DNA of 64,000 nucleotides from Blepharisma stoltei ATCC 30299 (taxonomy: Eukaryota; Protista; Ciliophora), in assembly GCA_965603825.1 (NCBI GenBank), contig CBFDEM010000045.1, positions 519,035-583,034 of the forward strand, written 5' to 3'. Every line of letters begins with the position of its first letter. Position 1 is the stretch's first letter. The translations under genes were made by a program, and so were the position numbers. Shown in pieces: positions 52,857 through 64,000 of this stretch. Under the pieces are notes generated by a model. It was not told the origin of the DNA. It made no database searches and was given only the letters and a program-made list of their open reading frames with translations.

Positions 52857-54954
52857 TTATTTTTATTATATTTAATCGAAACTGCTCCAGAAATCTTACT
52901 GGTAAATATATTTTATTTTATAATTTTTATAATTTTAACGCTAGCTGTGTTGAATTGATATTGGCTTTGGATTTAGTTTCTTTTGTAGCATAAATTAATT
53001 TTATAATAAACTTTAAGGTTTCAAATTAAAAATGCTGGTTTAAAAAATTTTCTGGAATTAGAGAAAATTTTCGATATTTTTATATTCAATCGGGAAGATA
53101 ACTTTTAAAAATTTATTTGACTACTGACGTGAGATTTATTTGAATTTGCTTTAATCGAGAACTGACACTGCTGATTCAATATGGAATGTAATTCAGAAAA
53201 GAGGTTAAAAAATATGAAGTATAAATTTATTAATTTGAGTGCATAGTTATGTTTTTTTTTGGTAAACTGAAATAGAGGTTTTTAAATGGGAAATAAAAGT
53301 GGTTATTTCAAAATACTCTTCTCTTTCATAAAGAATATCGAGAGATTTGATTCTCTTCCACTTTTGGTTTCTTAATGCTTTATGATTATTAAATGGAATC
53401 CTTATAATTTATTGCAATATGTCAGGCAATATTTTTTAGGCATCTCATTTGATTAGGTATATTTAATTTCCATTATGTAAAATATTATAGTTTCACCATC
53501 TTTATTCTAAGATGCAGTCATCAGAATTTGATTTTCTATAAGATAAGAAGCATCTGATCTTAGCTAATTGGTTAAAATTCTGTAATTTTTTCACTTTAAT
53601 GTGTTCATAATTTTATCAGAAAATTATTGTAAACAAAACTAAAAAACAATATTTTTTTAGAGAAAGTTAAAAATGAGGCTATATTTTATTTATGGCAATT
53701 ACCTTGAAATTCTAGATAGTGTGACAGCTGCTCAACAAAAACTTCAGAGGAATACTGGATTATATAAAAATTTTGACCTTTCCAGAGCAATTGTCATTTT
53801 ATCAAGCATTTCAAGTCAAAATGTATGCACCTAAAAACGAATAACTTAAATTTAATTGCTTTTATCTATCATTTAGCTAATTTTGATAATAAAAATTTAT
53901 GATAAAAATGCAAAAAGATGTATGAAAATAGAATTCTATTTTTAATCTTAATCTCCCATCCTTGTTGATCTACGTCATCAAATGATCAAGGATAGGACTG
54001 GTTTTCAATTTTTAGAAAATTTCCAATAAAATCATTTGATCAAGGACTGAGAGTGATAGCACACGAAATAAAATTATATTATCATGCTCTAGATTTTATT
54101 AAAGAATTAATGTTCCTTGCTTAATTTTGATAGGTTTTGACGCATTAATTTATACTCCATATCAAAAATTTTCTATATTGAATTAAACATATACGGCAAT
54201 TTAACTTTTCAATAATTTTGCTTCATATAGAGGAAGACTCAATATGACAGAAAACTACTAAAATTTTAAAAAGAAATCATATTAATGATATCTATATATA
54301 ATTATTTATATCAATTGAAAATGTGAAAAATTGAATTGGCTTATTTAAATACAATCCTAACACGCAGATGCCTAGATAATTCACTATATTAATATTAGAA
54401 ATATTCTTTAATTTAAGACTCAATTTTTTTTTTAAGTATAAACATTCTAAATAATCTAATAATTGACATTTAACAAATTATCAGTCTAGCCAAGTCTATT
54501 TGTATCAGACTCTCCAGTAAATGATCTCTTATGCATGCAATGTTCAGGGTATAAGGAAATAACGGAGAGAATTACACAAACATATTTAGATCAGACTCTA
54601 CATTAAATGGTCTCTTGATCCTGCTAGCGTCAGGGTATGAGAAAAGCACTCAATTCCTCCTTTTACAGCTATCTTCCCCATTTGCAGACAGCTAAATACT
54701 CCTCGAGGAATGTGATTTGATTCCACTGAGTTTCTCGTCTGCAGCCAATAAAATAAAACGGCCAGTCGCCAGGTCCAATACCACTTATTTTTCTCATAAT
54801 TTCAGCTTACTTTTCCTATCCAGGATAATTCTCTGGCATCAAAGTGTTGGAAGAATAATAAAAAAATATGAGTAAACTATAATTCTTAACACACTTTAAA
54901 ATTATCCTCAAAAATTATTAATGTAATCTTATCTAGTTCTGACGCTCTAAATCT

Positions 54955-56382
54955 TTACATTTTGAGCAATCTTTCAAACTCATCATATCCAATTTTTGCC
55001 CCTGGCTCCTTTCCAAACTCTTTCATAATATTTTTTATATCTTGCTCTTTTAATGCATGTCCAGACCTGGAAAATGCTCTTTCTATATCAATTCTTGTGA
55101 TATATCCTTTCCTATCTGCGTCAAAATGAAGAAATGTTAATCACAGCTCTTCTTGTTGTATATGATGCTTTGAATAATAAGTTGCAGCTAGAAACTCAGA
55201 ATAATTAATTTTTCCATTTTTATCCAAATCAAGCGATTTAATAATTTCTTTAATTTCGTTCCGAGCTGCAATTGAAGAGCCTGCATTTTTCAAGGAATTT
55301 AACAATAGTTTCATTGAAATACTTCCATTATTTTCTTCGTCTAAGTCACTGAATAATGCATTCATGCTCTTAATTTCATTTAAACTTAAATATTTTACCA
55401 AGATATTCATGGCTTCTTTTTTGAATGCAGAAATTTTGCTATATTCTTTCAATGCATCAATAGTAAATTGATTCATAACAATTCTTGGCTTTGGCTGCGA
55501 GTTAAACCAAGGATGATCTAAAGCTTCACTTGCTGAAAACCTATCCGAGGGATTCATGCACAATAAATGTGATAGCAAGTTTTTGGCTTCCTGGGAAATG
55601 TTTTCTCAGATTGGTTCAATAAATTCAGGGGCACCATTTAAAATTTGATGGCAAGTCTCACAATCAAATTTCGATCAAAATGGTAATTTTCCAGAAAGCA
55701 TGACGAACATGATAACCCCAATACTTCACATGTCACATTTAAAATTATAAGCGCCTTTTATCATTTCAGGAGCTAAATAATAAACAGTCCCAACTGCTTT
55801 GTGCATTGACATTCTTCTGTTCCTGAACTTCGATGATAGGCCAAAATCTACGAGTTTTAGAGCTGCATTATCATCTTCACTTTCGAAGAGAAAATTTTCA
55901 GGCTTTAAATCTCTATGGATTATATTATTATTGTGAAGGTGGTTTATAGCTAGCAGCATTTGTCTGAGTATGATTTTGCTTTTATTTTCGTCAATGTGGT
56001 CATTTTTAGTCATCAATCGCAACAGGTCTCCGCCAGTGCATAGTTCCATGGCTAAATATATATATCTTTCGTCTTCATAGGCTTCAAAGAATCTTATGAT
56101 ATTTGGGTGGTCAACTCTTTTGAGGATTTCTATTTCTTGTTTTAACGAATTTATTCTATCTTCGACCAAGTCTTTCAAAATAAACTTTATGGCTGCTTTT
56201 TCTTCTGACCCGATAACTTGGACTTCTTTTACAACCCCAAAATGTCCAGTACCTAGTATTCTACCTAATTTGTATATAGATCGTATTGGAACGTTCCGAA
56301 TTGTGGAGGACAAACCTTCATTAAGACAGAGGAGAGTGTTTTCCTCTTTTACTGTGTTTTGTTTGCGAAGACAAACTCCCAT
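54955..56382 (-). CDS. Calcium-dependent protein kinase (CDPK)
   Basis: MGVC start, HRDLKPENF, CDM(TGA)SIG, junction region, EF hands (DLDKNGKINYSEF, DADRKGYI). TAA at 54955. Confidence 0.93.
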
Positions 56383-57542
56383 TTATAATGTTTATAAATG
56401 TATTTGGTTATTCAAGAGATGAAAATTACTGGCCTGAAAACAAAAATTTATATAGATTAATTGAATTTTGAGTTAACTTAGAATGCTAATTATTCTTCTC
56501 AATATTTTTGCATGATATAAGTTTTATAATGCGCTTGAATACGGCTTATGCCCTGAATTAAATAATCAGTTCTAGAATATTTTTTTATTCTAAATTTCGA
56601 ATCTCTACAATGCAAGTATTGCTTAATTAATTGGATAAAATAATGAGTAATGTTCTAATATCTTTATCAATATTAGGCTTCTAAGTCTTCCTTAGCAAGC
56701 TTAATTTAAATTATAAAGGGCTGTTTTAGTTTCTATTTAAAATTGATAATCAAGGAAATTAAAATTTTTTTTCTTTTGAAGAATTAGTTCAGAATAAATC
56801 GCTTAGCAATATATTTTTGAATTCAAATATCCAAATAATGCCTTTTTATTTAATTCCTTGTTTGATTATAAATCCAACTGAATTAAAATTTTATTAGTTA
56901 GGTTTTTATAAACAAGCATTATTGGGCTAATAAATTTGTTAAAAACTCAAATTAGCAAAGTGATTAAGCAAAGTTAACTTTTTTTTTAGGTAAAGTTCTG
57001 ACCATTTTAAAATCGATATATTGAGTGCATAAAATGAAAGAATATAGGCTATAATAATTTATTTAATTTCCGATTTGGGAAAATATTTGAAAGAGAATAG
57101 CTTAGAAGATTTGATAAATAAATTTAATTCAATTTATTTAGCTTTTTGATAATTTACTTTAATTGGACTTAGGCTTTTATCAAATTGAGAAGAAGAAATT
57201 ATGCAATTTTTATTAAATTTTAATGGAAGAGTATTGGATTGCTTTGCTTTAAAAATCTAAGAATGCATAGGCCAAAAAGTTAGATTTGGAATCAATTTAT
57301 TTTACTTCCATTTTGGCCTCACATTTTAATATATTCAGCTCATCCAGTTAGAAAAATTTCCAATATTCTTATTGAAAATTTTGTCAGTAACTTTTAGGCA
57401 GTCTTAGAATATTTTTTTGAACTTCTTTCACTAGCCCAAAATTTTAACTTAAAAACCACATCCTGACTATCTATAATTTAATTTATTTTCTTATGATTTG
57501 TAATCTTTGAATCCTATTTTTCATGGTTTTAATAAACTTATT

Positions 57543-58922
57543 ATGATCCAATCCATATTTGAGAACGAAGACAGTCAGGCCTGTGATAAGAATAAATTTT
57601 GGATGAATTGTGATAGCATCCCATCCTCTCCATTATATGAAGGAATTCTTATTGAGCGTACCAAAAAAGGCCTGGTCTCAAATCTATACATATTATCAGG
57701 TTCAGCGTTATTTAAGGCTAACCCAGAAACGTTTATTGTGACCAAAGTCACAATTTTGAAGTGAAAAATAATTCAAATTTTGGTCGATGGAAGTGAAAAG
57801 GACAAGAATTACGGCTTCAGAATAGGCCATTTAGGGCTTTATCGAGATTTTTATGCCCAAAATCAAGACGACTTAAACAACTGGATAGCACAGCTGTCTA
57901 GTATAGGAATTATGACTGAAATTGAAAATGACTATTGCATATTAGAAGAAATTGGTAAAGGGTCGTTTTCAACAGTTCAACTGGCAGTCGAAAAAGTGAC
58001 TTCAAAAAAGTTTGCCATAAAGTGCACAAGGAAATCAGATTTAGGAAAAAGAAAATATGGCTTTGAATATATGAGAAATGAGATCGACATCATGAGGAAG
58101 TTAGATCATCCAAACATTCTTAAGCTAATCAAAGTTTATGAAGACCAAAATTCTGTCTTTTTAGTTTTTGACTATATTGAAGGCGGCGATTTACGAAGAA
58201 AAATAAGCTTGAAGAAAAAATTTGAAGAATGTGAAGCAAAGCGATTAATTCAAAAATTGCTGAGAGTTATCGAGTATCATGAGTCTTTGAACATCACTCA
58301 TCGGGATATTAAACTAGAAAATATCCTTATTGTAGACAGGGAGGAAGATATAGACTTTAAACTAGCTGACTTTGGCTTGGCAATTGAAGCTTGTGGGGAG
58401 ATAAAAGGAAGCTGTGGATCACTGGGATATGCAGCTCCTGAAGTTTTGAGAGGAAAAATATATAATTCAAAGATAGACGTTTTTAGCGCTGGAATAATCC
58501 TCTATATGCTACTTTCCGGCCGTGCACCTTTTCCGGGCAAAACAACCAATGAAGTATTTTTAAAAAACCGAGAATGCAATATAAAATTCAAAGGAAAAAG
58601 GTGGTCAGAAATCTCCTCAGAAGCTATTAATTTCATAAGAAAAATAACTTCATATGACCCAGACCTAAGGCCAAGTGCAAAAACTGCCCTTCAAGACGAG
58701 TGGTTTGAAAGTGGAAAAGATCAAAATGAAAACGAAAAATATGATAAAGATTTTTCAGACAGACTAAATAGGCTACAGATAAATCAATGCTTTACAGAAA
58801 ATGCCAAAGAAAACTCTGGAAATATTTTGATGAAAATAAATCAAGAATATTCTCCAGCTAAGCAGCTTATAATATTATACATAGTAAACTTTACAGCTGT
58901 AAAGGAACGATTTAAAGAATAA
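57543..58922 (+). CDS. PH-like domain + CAMK-family kinase, paralog of 51549-52856
   Basis: YGFRIG...RDFY...W, GKGSFS, HRDIKLEN, CGSLGYAAPE. TGA=Trp at 57762. Confidence 0.9.
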
Positions 58923-59539
58923 ACCAAGTAATTTAAATCCACTAAATCACATATAATTTAAATTTTATTTATCTTAAAAGTTTGCTACTAAATTCCTTAA
59001 AGCTTCTTGATAAATGAGAATTCACCCTTTATTTCATTTAAAATTCTTCTACTCCAGTTCACTGCTTCGTAATAATTTTAATTATGCATTAGGATAAATT
59101 AATAAATAGAAAAACTATATAAAATTTTGTTTCTGGTAACAAATTCAGCCTAATTTATTGCAAATTTACAGATTAGCAAAAATATTTCTAAGATCTTGTA
59201 TATCTAGCAAATAAATCAGCTTTGGAAATTCATGGCCAAACTTTTGCTCTCACAAACACCTTAAGTAAGCCCTGATGACGATGAACTCAAGATTTCCTGA
59301 TATAAGTAAAGGTTGAGAAGCTATTTTGGAAGAGTTTTGTAAGATATGCCAGAAAAGAAGTTTTCCTTGAATTGAGAATTCCAGTTAGCCTTAGATCTAC
59401 AATAGTTTAAGTTAAAGTTCAAGTGAAAGCTTTTTTTTCTCTCACTGATGAGGGTTAATTTTATTTTTAAAAAAATTATGTAATCAAAAATTTAAAAATT
59501 TACAATAAAATTTGGAAAACAAATACGTATTTAATTGTA

Positions 59540-59901
59540 AACTAAGGCAAGATTTTTTTCCATTGGAATGGACTGCTGATCGGCCCTCCAGGAACTCCTT
59601 TTGAAGGTGGAAAATTTCACTTCGAACTAATTTTCCCTTCCAATTCCCACCTTCTTCTCCCAAATTTTTCTTCAAAAATTAGAATTTTCCACCCAAACGT
59701 GAGTCTGATGGGAAAGCATGCATACAAGTCCTCAGCCTTACTTGGAGGCCAAATATATCAATAAGTTGTGTCTTGAATTCTATATGTGTTTTGCTAAGAG
59801 AGCCCTACCCTGATATAGGGTATTTTAACGACGCATCTACTGTTATTAGAGCTGACAGATTAGCTTATTAAAGAGTTGCAAGACAGACAATATACAGCTA
59901 A
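59540..59901 (+). pseudogene. Ubiquitin-conjugating enzyme E2 pseudogene
   Basis: HWNGLLIGPPGTPFEGGKF, RIFHPN, DGKACIQVL..TWRP, LLREP.PD, with frameshifts and an internal TAA. Confidence 0.8.
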
Positions 59902-59956
59902 TTTTGCAAAATAATATCAATAATAAAAAATTTATAGAAACATGTTATTATAAAAT

Positions 59957-61145
59957 ATGGCTGAAAGCTTGATTTTTGCAGAGTCTGATTGAAATATTAA
60001 GGCAGCGCTTTCTTTGATTAACACCCTAATGTCTTACAGAAATAATGAAATTTTGGTAGAGAAATTAAAAGAGTCAGAAATTTGGGCGATAACTGAGGTT
60101 TTCAACAGCATGAACAGTGAGAGGTTAGCGGAGTTTTGCAAAAATACTAAAATTTCGTTAGAGACCAAGATTTGCGAAGCTATAGGTTGTATTGGAATAC
60201 AAACCTCTGATTCCAGCTGGTATAAGAGATCATTTATCATGGATGCACAAACAAAAATTGATGAGTTTGAAGATCATGTTAATGAGCAAAATATTGTAAT
60301 TGCAGAAATTAAGTCTTATTTCCGTCCAAAGCAATGCCTGCAGACCAAGTGGGGGTATTATTTACTAATCTCAATCTTTTGAGATTTCTCAAAAGAAGCT
60401 CGTTTCTACAGAAATGGCAAATGAATATATCTGATTTCTAAAGATTCTGAACCAAAATTGACTGAAAACAAAGAGTTCAAGTTGGCTTATCTAAAAGTTT
60501 CAGAAGAAGACCTCAATGCTATAAAAGCCGACTTGGAAAATGAAGTCGAAATTCATCTAGAAAATTCAAGACAAGAAAAAATGATTAGCACAATCAAAGA
60601 AGATAAAACGTATTTTGAGGATCCTCAGAAAAATATAAAAAAGTGGACAATTAAGAAAATTTCTTCAGATTATTCTCCTGCAAAAGCCAATGATATGGAA
60701 ATAGTCGCGGAAAGCCTAAGAAAAGAAATGCAGGCTAATAAGGAATTAATTCAAAAAAATAAAGTTTTGCAAGAAGAGAAACAAAAAATTAATGAAGAGC
60801 TCATTAAAGAAAAAGAAAAATTAGGGAAGGCCGAGGATAAATGCAAAGGAATGGCAGCAATCCTTGAAGAAAAAGAACTTAAAGAAAAAGATGAAATCAT
60901 CCAGAAAATGAAAAATGTTCAAGAAGAATCTAAAAAAGAGCAAGAAAAGCCTCCAAAGCTGCCAGAAGAACCTCCAAAGCTGTTTGAAGAACCTCCAAAG
61001 CCGTCAGAAGAACCTCTAGAGCTGTCAGAAGGCTCTTTCGGTCCATTTACAATTTTTAATCAAAGAAAGTTAGGTCTGCCAAATCTTATCAATACTTGCT
61101 ATTTTAATGCAGTTTTGCAAGCCTTGGCAAGCAATGATAGGTTTG
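59957..61145 (+). CDS. USP-family deubiquitinase, truncated by telomere addition
   Basis: Frame open via TGA from ATG 59957. Coiled coil, then Cys box GLPNLINTCYFNAVLQAL running straight into telomeric repeats. No His box. Confidence 0.8.
60944..61027 (+). repeat. Coding 21-nt tandem repeat x4 (EEPPKLx)
   Basis: gaagaacctccaaagctg... units. Confidence 0.85.
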
Positions 61146-64000
61146 TAGGGTGTTAGGGTGTTAGGGTGTTAGGGTGTTAGGGTGTTAGGGTGTTAGGGTG
61201 TTAGGGTGTTAGGGTGTTAGGGTGTTAGGGTGTTAGGGTGTTAGGGTGTTAGGGTGTTAGGGTGTTTAGGGTGTTAGGGTGTTAGGGTGTTAGGGTGTTA
61301 GGGTGTTAGGGTGTTAGGGTGTTAGGGTGTTAGGGTGTTAGGGTGTTAGGGTGTTAGGGTGTTAGGGTGTTAGGGTGTTAGGGTGTTAGGGTGTTAGGGT
61401 GTTAGGGTGTTAGGGTGTGTTAGGGTGTTAGGGTGTTAGGGTGTTAGGGTGTTAGGGTGTTAGGGTGTTAGGGTGTTAGGGTGTTAGGGTGTTAGGGGTG
61501 TTAGGGTGTTAGGGTGTGTTAGGGTGTTAGGGTGTTAGGGTGTTAGGGTGTTAGGGGTGTTAGGGTGTTAGGGTGTTAGGGTGTTAGGGTGTTAGGGGTG
61601 TTAGGGTGTTAGGGGTGTTAGGGTGTTAGGGTGTTAGGGTGTTAGGGTGTTAGGGTGTTAGGGTGTTAGGGTGTTAGGGTGTTAGGGTGTTAGGGTGTTA
61701 GGGTGTTAGGGTGTTAGGGTGTTAGGGTGTTAGGGTGTTAGGGTGTTAGGGTGTTAGGGTGTTAGGGTGTTAGGGTGTTAGGGTGTTAGGGTGTTAGGGT
61801 GTTAGGGTGTTAGGGTGTTAGGGTGTTAGGGTGTTAGGGTGTTAGGGTGTTAGGGTGTTAGGGTGTTAGGGTGTTAGGGTGTTAGGGTGTTAGGGTGTTA
61901 GGGTGTTAGGGTGTTAGGGTGTTAGGGTGTTAGGGTGTTAGGGTGTTAGGGTGTTAGGGTGTTAGGGTGTTAGGGTGTTAGGGTGTTAGGGTGTTAGGGT
62001 GTTAGGGGTGTTAGGGTGTTAGGGTGTTAGGGTGTTAGGGTGTTAGGGTGTTAGGGTGTTAGGGTGTTAGGGTGTTAGGGTGGTTAGGGTGTTAGGGTGT
62101 TAGGGTGTTAGGGTGTTAGGGTGTTAGGGTGTTAGGGTGTTAGGGTGTTAGGGTGTTAGGGTGTTAGGGTGTTAGGGTGTTAGGGTTAGGGTGTTAGGGT
62201 GTTAGGGTGTTAGGGTGTTAGGGTGTTAGGGTGTTAGGGTTGTTAGGGTGTTAGGGTGTTAGGGTGTTAGGGTGTTAGGGTGTTAGGGTGTTAGGGTGTT
62301 AGGGTGTTAGGGTGTTAGGGTGTTAGGGTGTTAGGGTTGTTAGGGTGTTAGGGTGTTAGGGGTGTTAGGGTGTTAGGGGTGTTAGGGTGTTAGGGTGTTA
62401 GGGTGTTAGGGTGTTAGGGTGTTAGGGTGTTAGGGTGTTAGGGTGTTAGGGTGTTAGGGTGTTAGGGTGTTAGGGTGTTAGGGTGTTAGGGTGTTAGGGT
62501 GTTAGGGTGTTAGGGTGTTAGGGTGTTAGGGTGTTAGGGTGTTAGGGTGTTAGGGTGTTAGGGTGTTAGGGTGTTAGGGTGTTAGGGTGTTAGGGTGTTA
62601 GGGTGTTAGGGTGTTAGGGTGTTAGGGTGTTAGGGTGTTAGGGTGTTAGGGTGTTAGGGTGGTGTTAGGGTGTTAGGGTGTTAGGGTGTTAGGGTGTTAG
62701 GGTGTTAGGGTGTTAGGGTGTTAGGGTGGTGTTAGGGTGTTAGGGTGTTAGGGTGTTAGGGTGTTAGGGTGTTAGGGGTGTTAGGGTGTTAGGGTGTTAG
62801 GGTGTTAGGGTGTTAGGGTGTTAGGGTGTTAGGGTGTTAGGGTGTTAGGGTGTTAGGGTGTTAGGGTGTTAGGGTGTTAGGGTGTTAGGGTGTTAGGGTG
62901 TTAGGGTGTTAGGGTGTTAGGGTGTTAGGGTGTTAGGGTGTTAGGGTGTTAGGGTGTTAGGGTGTTAGGGTGTTAGGGTGTTAGGGTGTTAGGGTGTTAG
63001 GGTGTAGGGTGTTAGGGTGTTAGGGTGTTAGGGTGTTAGGGTGTTAGGGGTGTTAGGGTGTTAGGGTGTTAGGGTGTTAGGGTGTTTAGGGTGTTAGGGT
63101 GTAGGGTGTTAGGGTGTTAGGGTGTTAGGGTGTTAGGGTGTTAGGGTGTTAGGGTGTTAGGGTGTTAGGGTGTTAGGGTGTTAGGGTGTTAGGGTGTTAG
63201 GGTGTTAGGGTGTTAGGGTGGGTGTTAGGGTGTTAGGGTGTTAGGGTGTTAGGGTGTTAGGGGTGTTAGGGTGTTAGGGTGTTAGGGTAGGTGTTAGGGT
63301 GTTAGGGTGTTAGGGTGTTAGGGTGTTAGGGTGTTAGGGTGTTAGGGTGTTAGGGTGTTAGGGTGTTAGGGTGTTAGGGTGTTAGGGTGTTAGGGTGTTA
63401 GGGTGTTGGGTGTTAGGGGTAGGGTGTTAGGGTGTTAGGGTGTTAGGGTGTTAGGGTGTTAGGGTGTTAGGGTGTTAGGGTTGTTAGGGTGTTAGGGTGT
63501 TAGGGTGTTAGGGTGTTAGGGTGTTAGGGTGTTAGGGTGTTAGGGTGTTAGGGTGTTAGGGTGTTAGGGTGTTAGGGTGTTAGGGTGTTAGGGTGTTAGG
63601 GTGTTAGGGTGTTAGGGTGTTAGGGTGTTAGGGTGTTAGGGTGTTAGGGTGTTAGGGTGTTAGGGTGTTAGGGCTGTTAGGGTGTTAGGTGTTAGGGTGT
63701 TAGGGTGTTAGGAGTAGGTTAGGGTGTTAGGGTGTTAGGGTGTTAGGGTGTTAGGGTGTTAGGGTGTTAGGGTGTTAGGGTGTTAGGGTGTTAGGGTGTT
63801 AGGGTGTTAGGGTGTTAGGGTGTGTAGGTGTAGGGTGTTAGGGTGTTAGGGTGTTAGGGTGTTAGGGTGTTTGGGTGTTAGGGTTGTTAGGGTGTTAGGG
63901 TGTTAGGGTGTTAGGGTGTTAGGGTGTTAGGGTGTTAGGGTGTTAGGGTGTTAGGGTGTTAGGGTGTTAGGGTGTTAGGGTGTTAGGGTGTAGGGTTGGG
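61146..64000 (+). repeat. Telomere (TTAGGGTG)n / (CCCTAACA)n
   Basis: About 2.85 kb of 8-nt units with the G-rich strand running 5'->3' toward the end, plus scattered variant units. Confidence 0.98.

Noticed and set aside
52860-54480. Retained IES or transposon in the long AT-rich gaps (also 56400-57500)
   Set aside because: I saw no terminal inverted repeats or transposase fragments. IES status needs a germline versus somatic read comparison.
60019-60029. Internal telomere seed or telomerase RNA template (TAACACCCTAA)
   Set aside because: It is only 11 nt, lies inside a coding frame, and has no supporting structure; chance is sufficient.
61146-64000. CRISPR array or satellite
   Set aside because: There are no spacers; it is a terminal G-rich 8-mer typical of heterotrich telomeres.

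Overview
This is eukaryotic DNA: the right-hand end of a gene-dense ciliate macronuclear chromosome, most likely from Blepharisma or a close heterotrich relative. Three signals support that. (1) UGA is read as Trp: in-frame TGA sits at invariant Trp positions (PRMT1 SE-W-MG, DHHC DHHCK-W, GH31 W-NDMNEP, tubulin N-W-AKG, PP2C DGL-W-D), and every complete gene ends in TAA or TAG. (2) There are 15-16 nt GT-AG introns. (3) A (TTAGGGTG)n = (CCCTAACA)n telomere of about 2.85 kb runs from ~61146 to the end. The supplied standard-code ORF track therefore fragments many genes and misses one MORN-repeat gene entirely. Re-reading with UGA=Trp gives about 38 protein genes, 2 tRNAs (Ile-AAT, Asn-GTT), 6 tiny introns and several decayed gene relics. 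The most notable items are a PARP-zinc-finger/F-box/XPA-like fusion protein, a catalytically eroded Na/K-type P-ATPase, two KHA-domain kinases, an AsnRS with a GST-like N-terminus, a tail-less divergent beta-like tubulin, and a telomere added inside a USP deubiquitinase gene. All family calls come from motif recognition by eye; no database searches were run.
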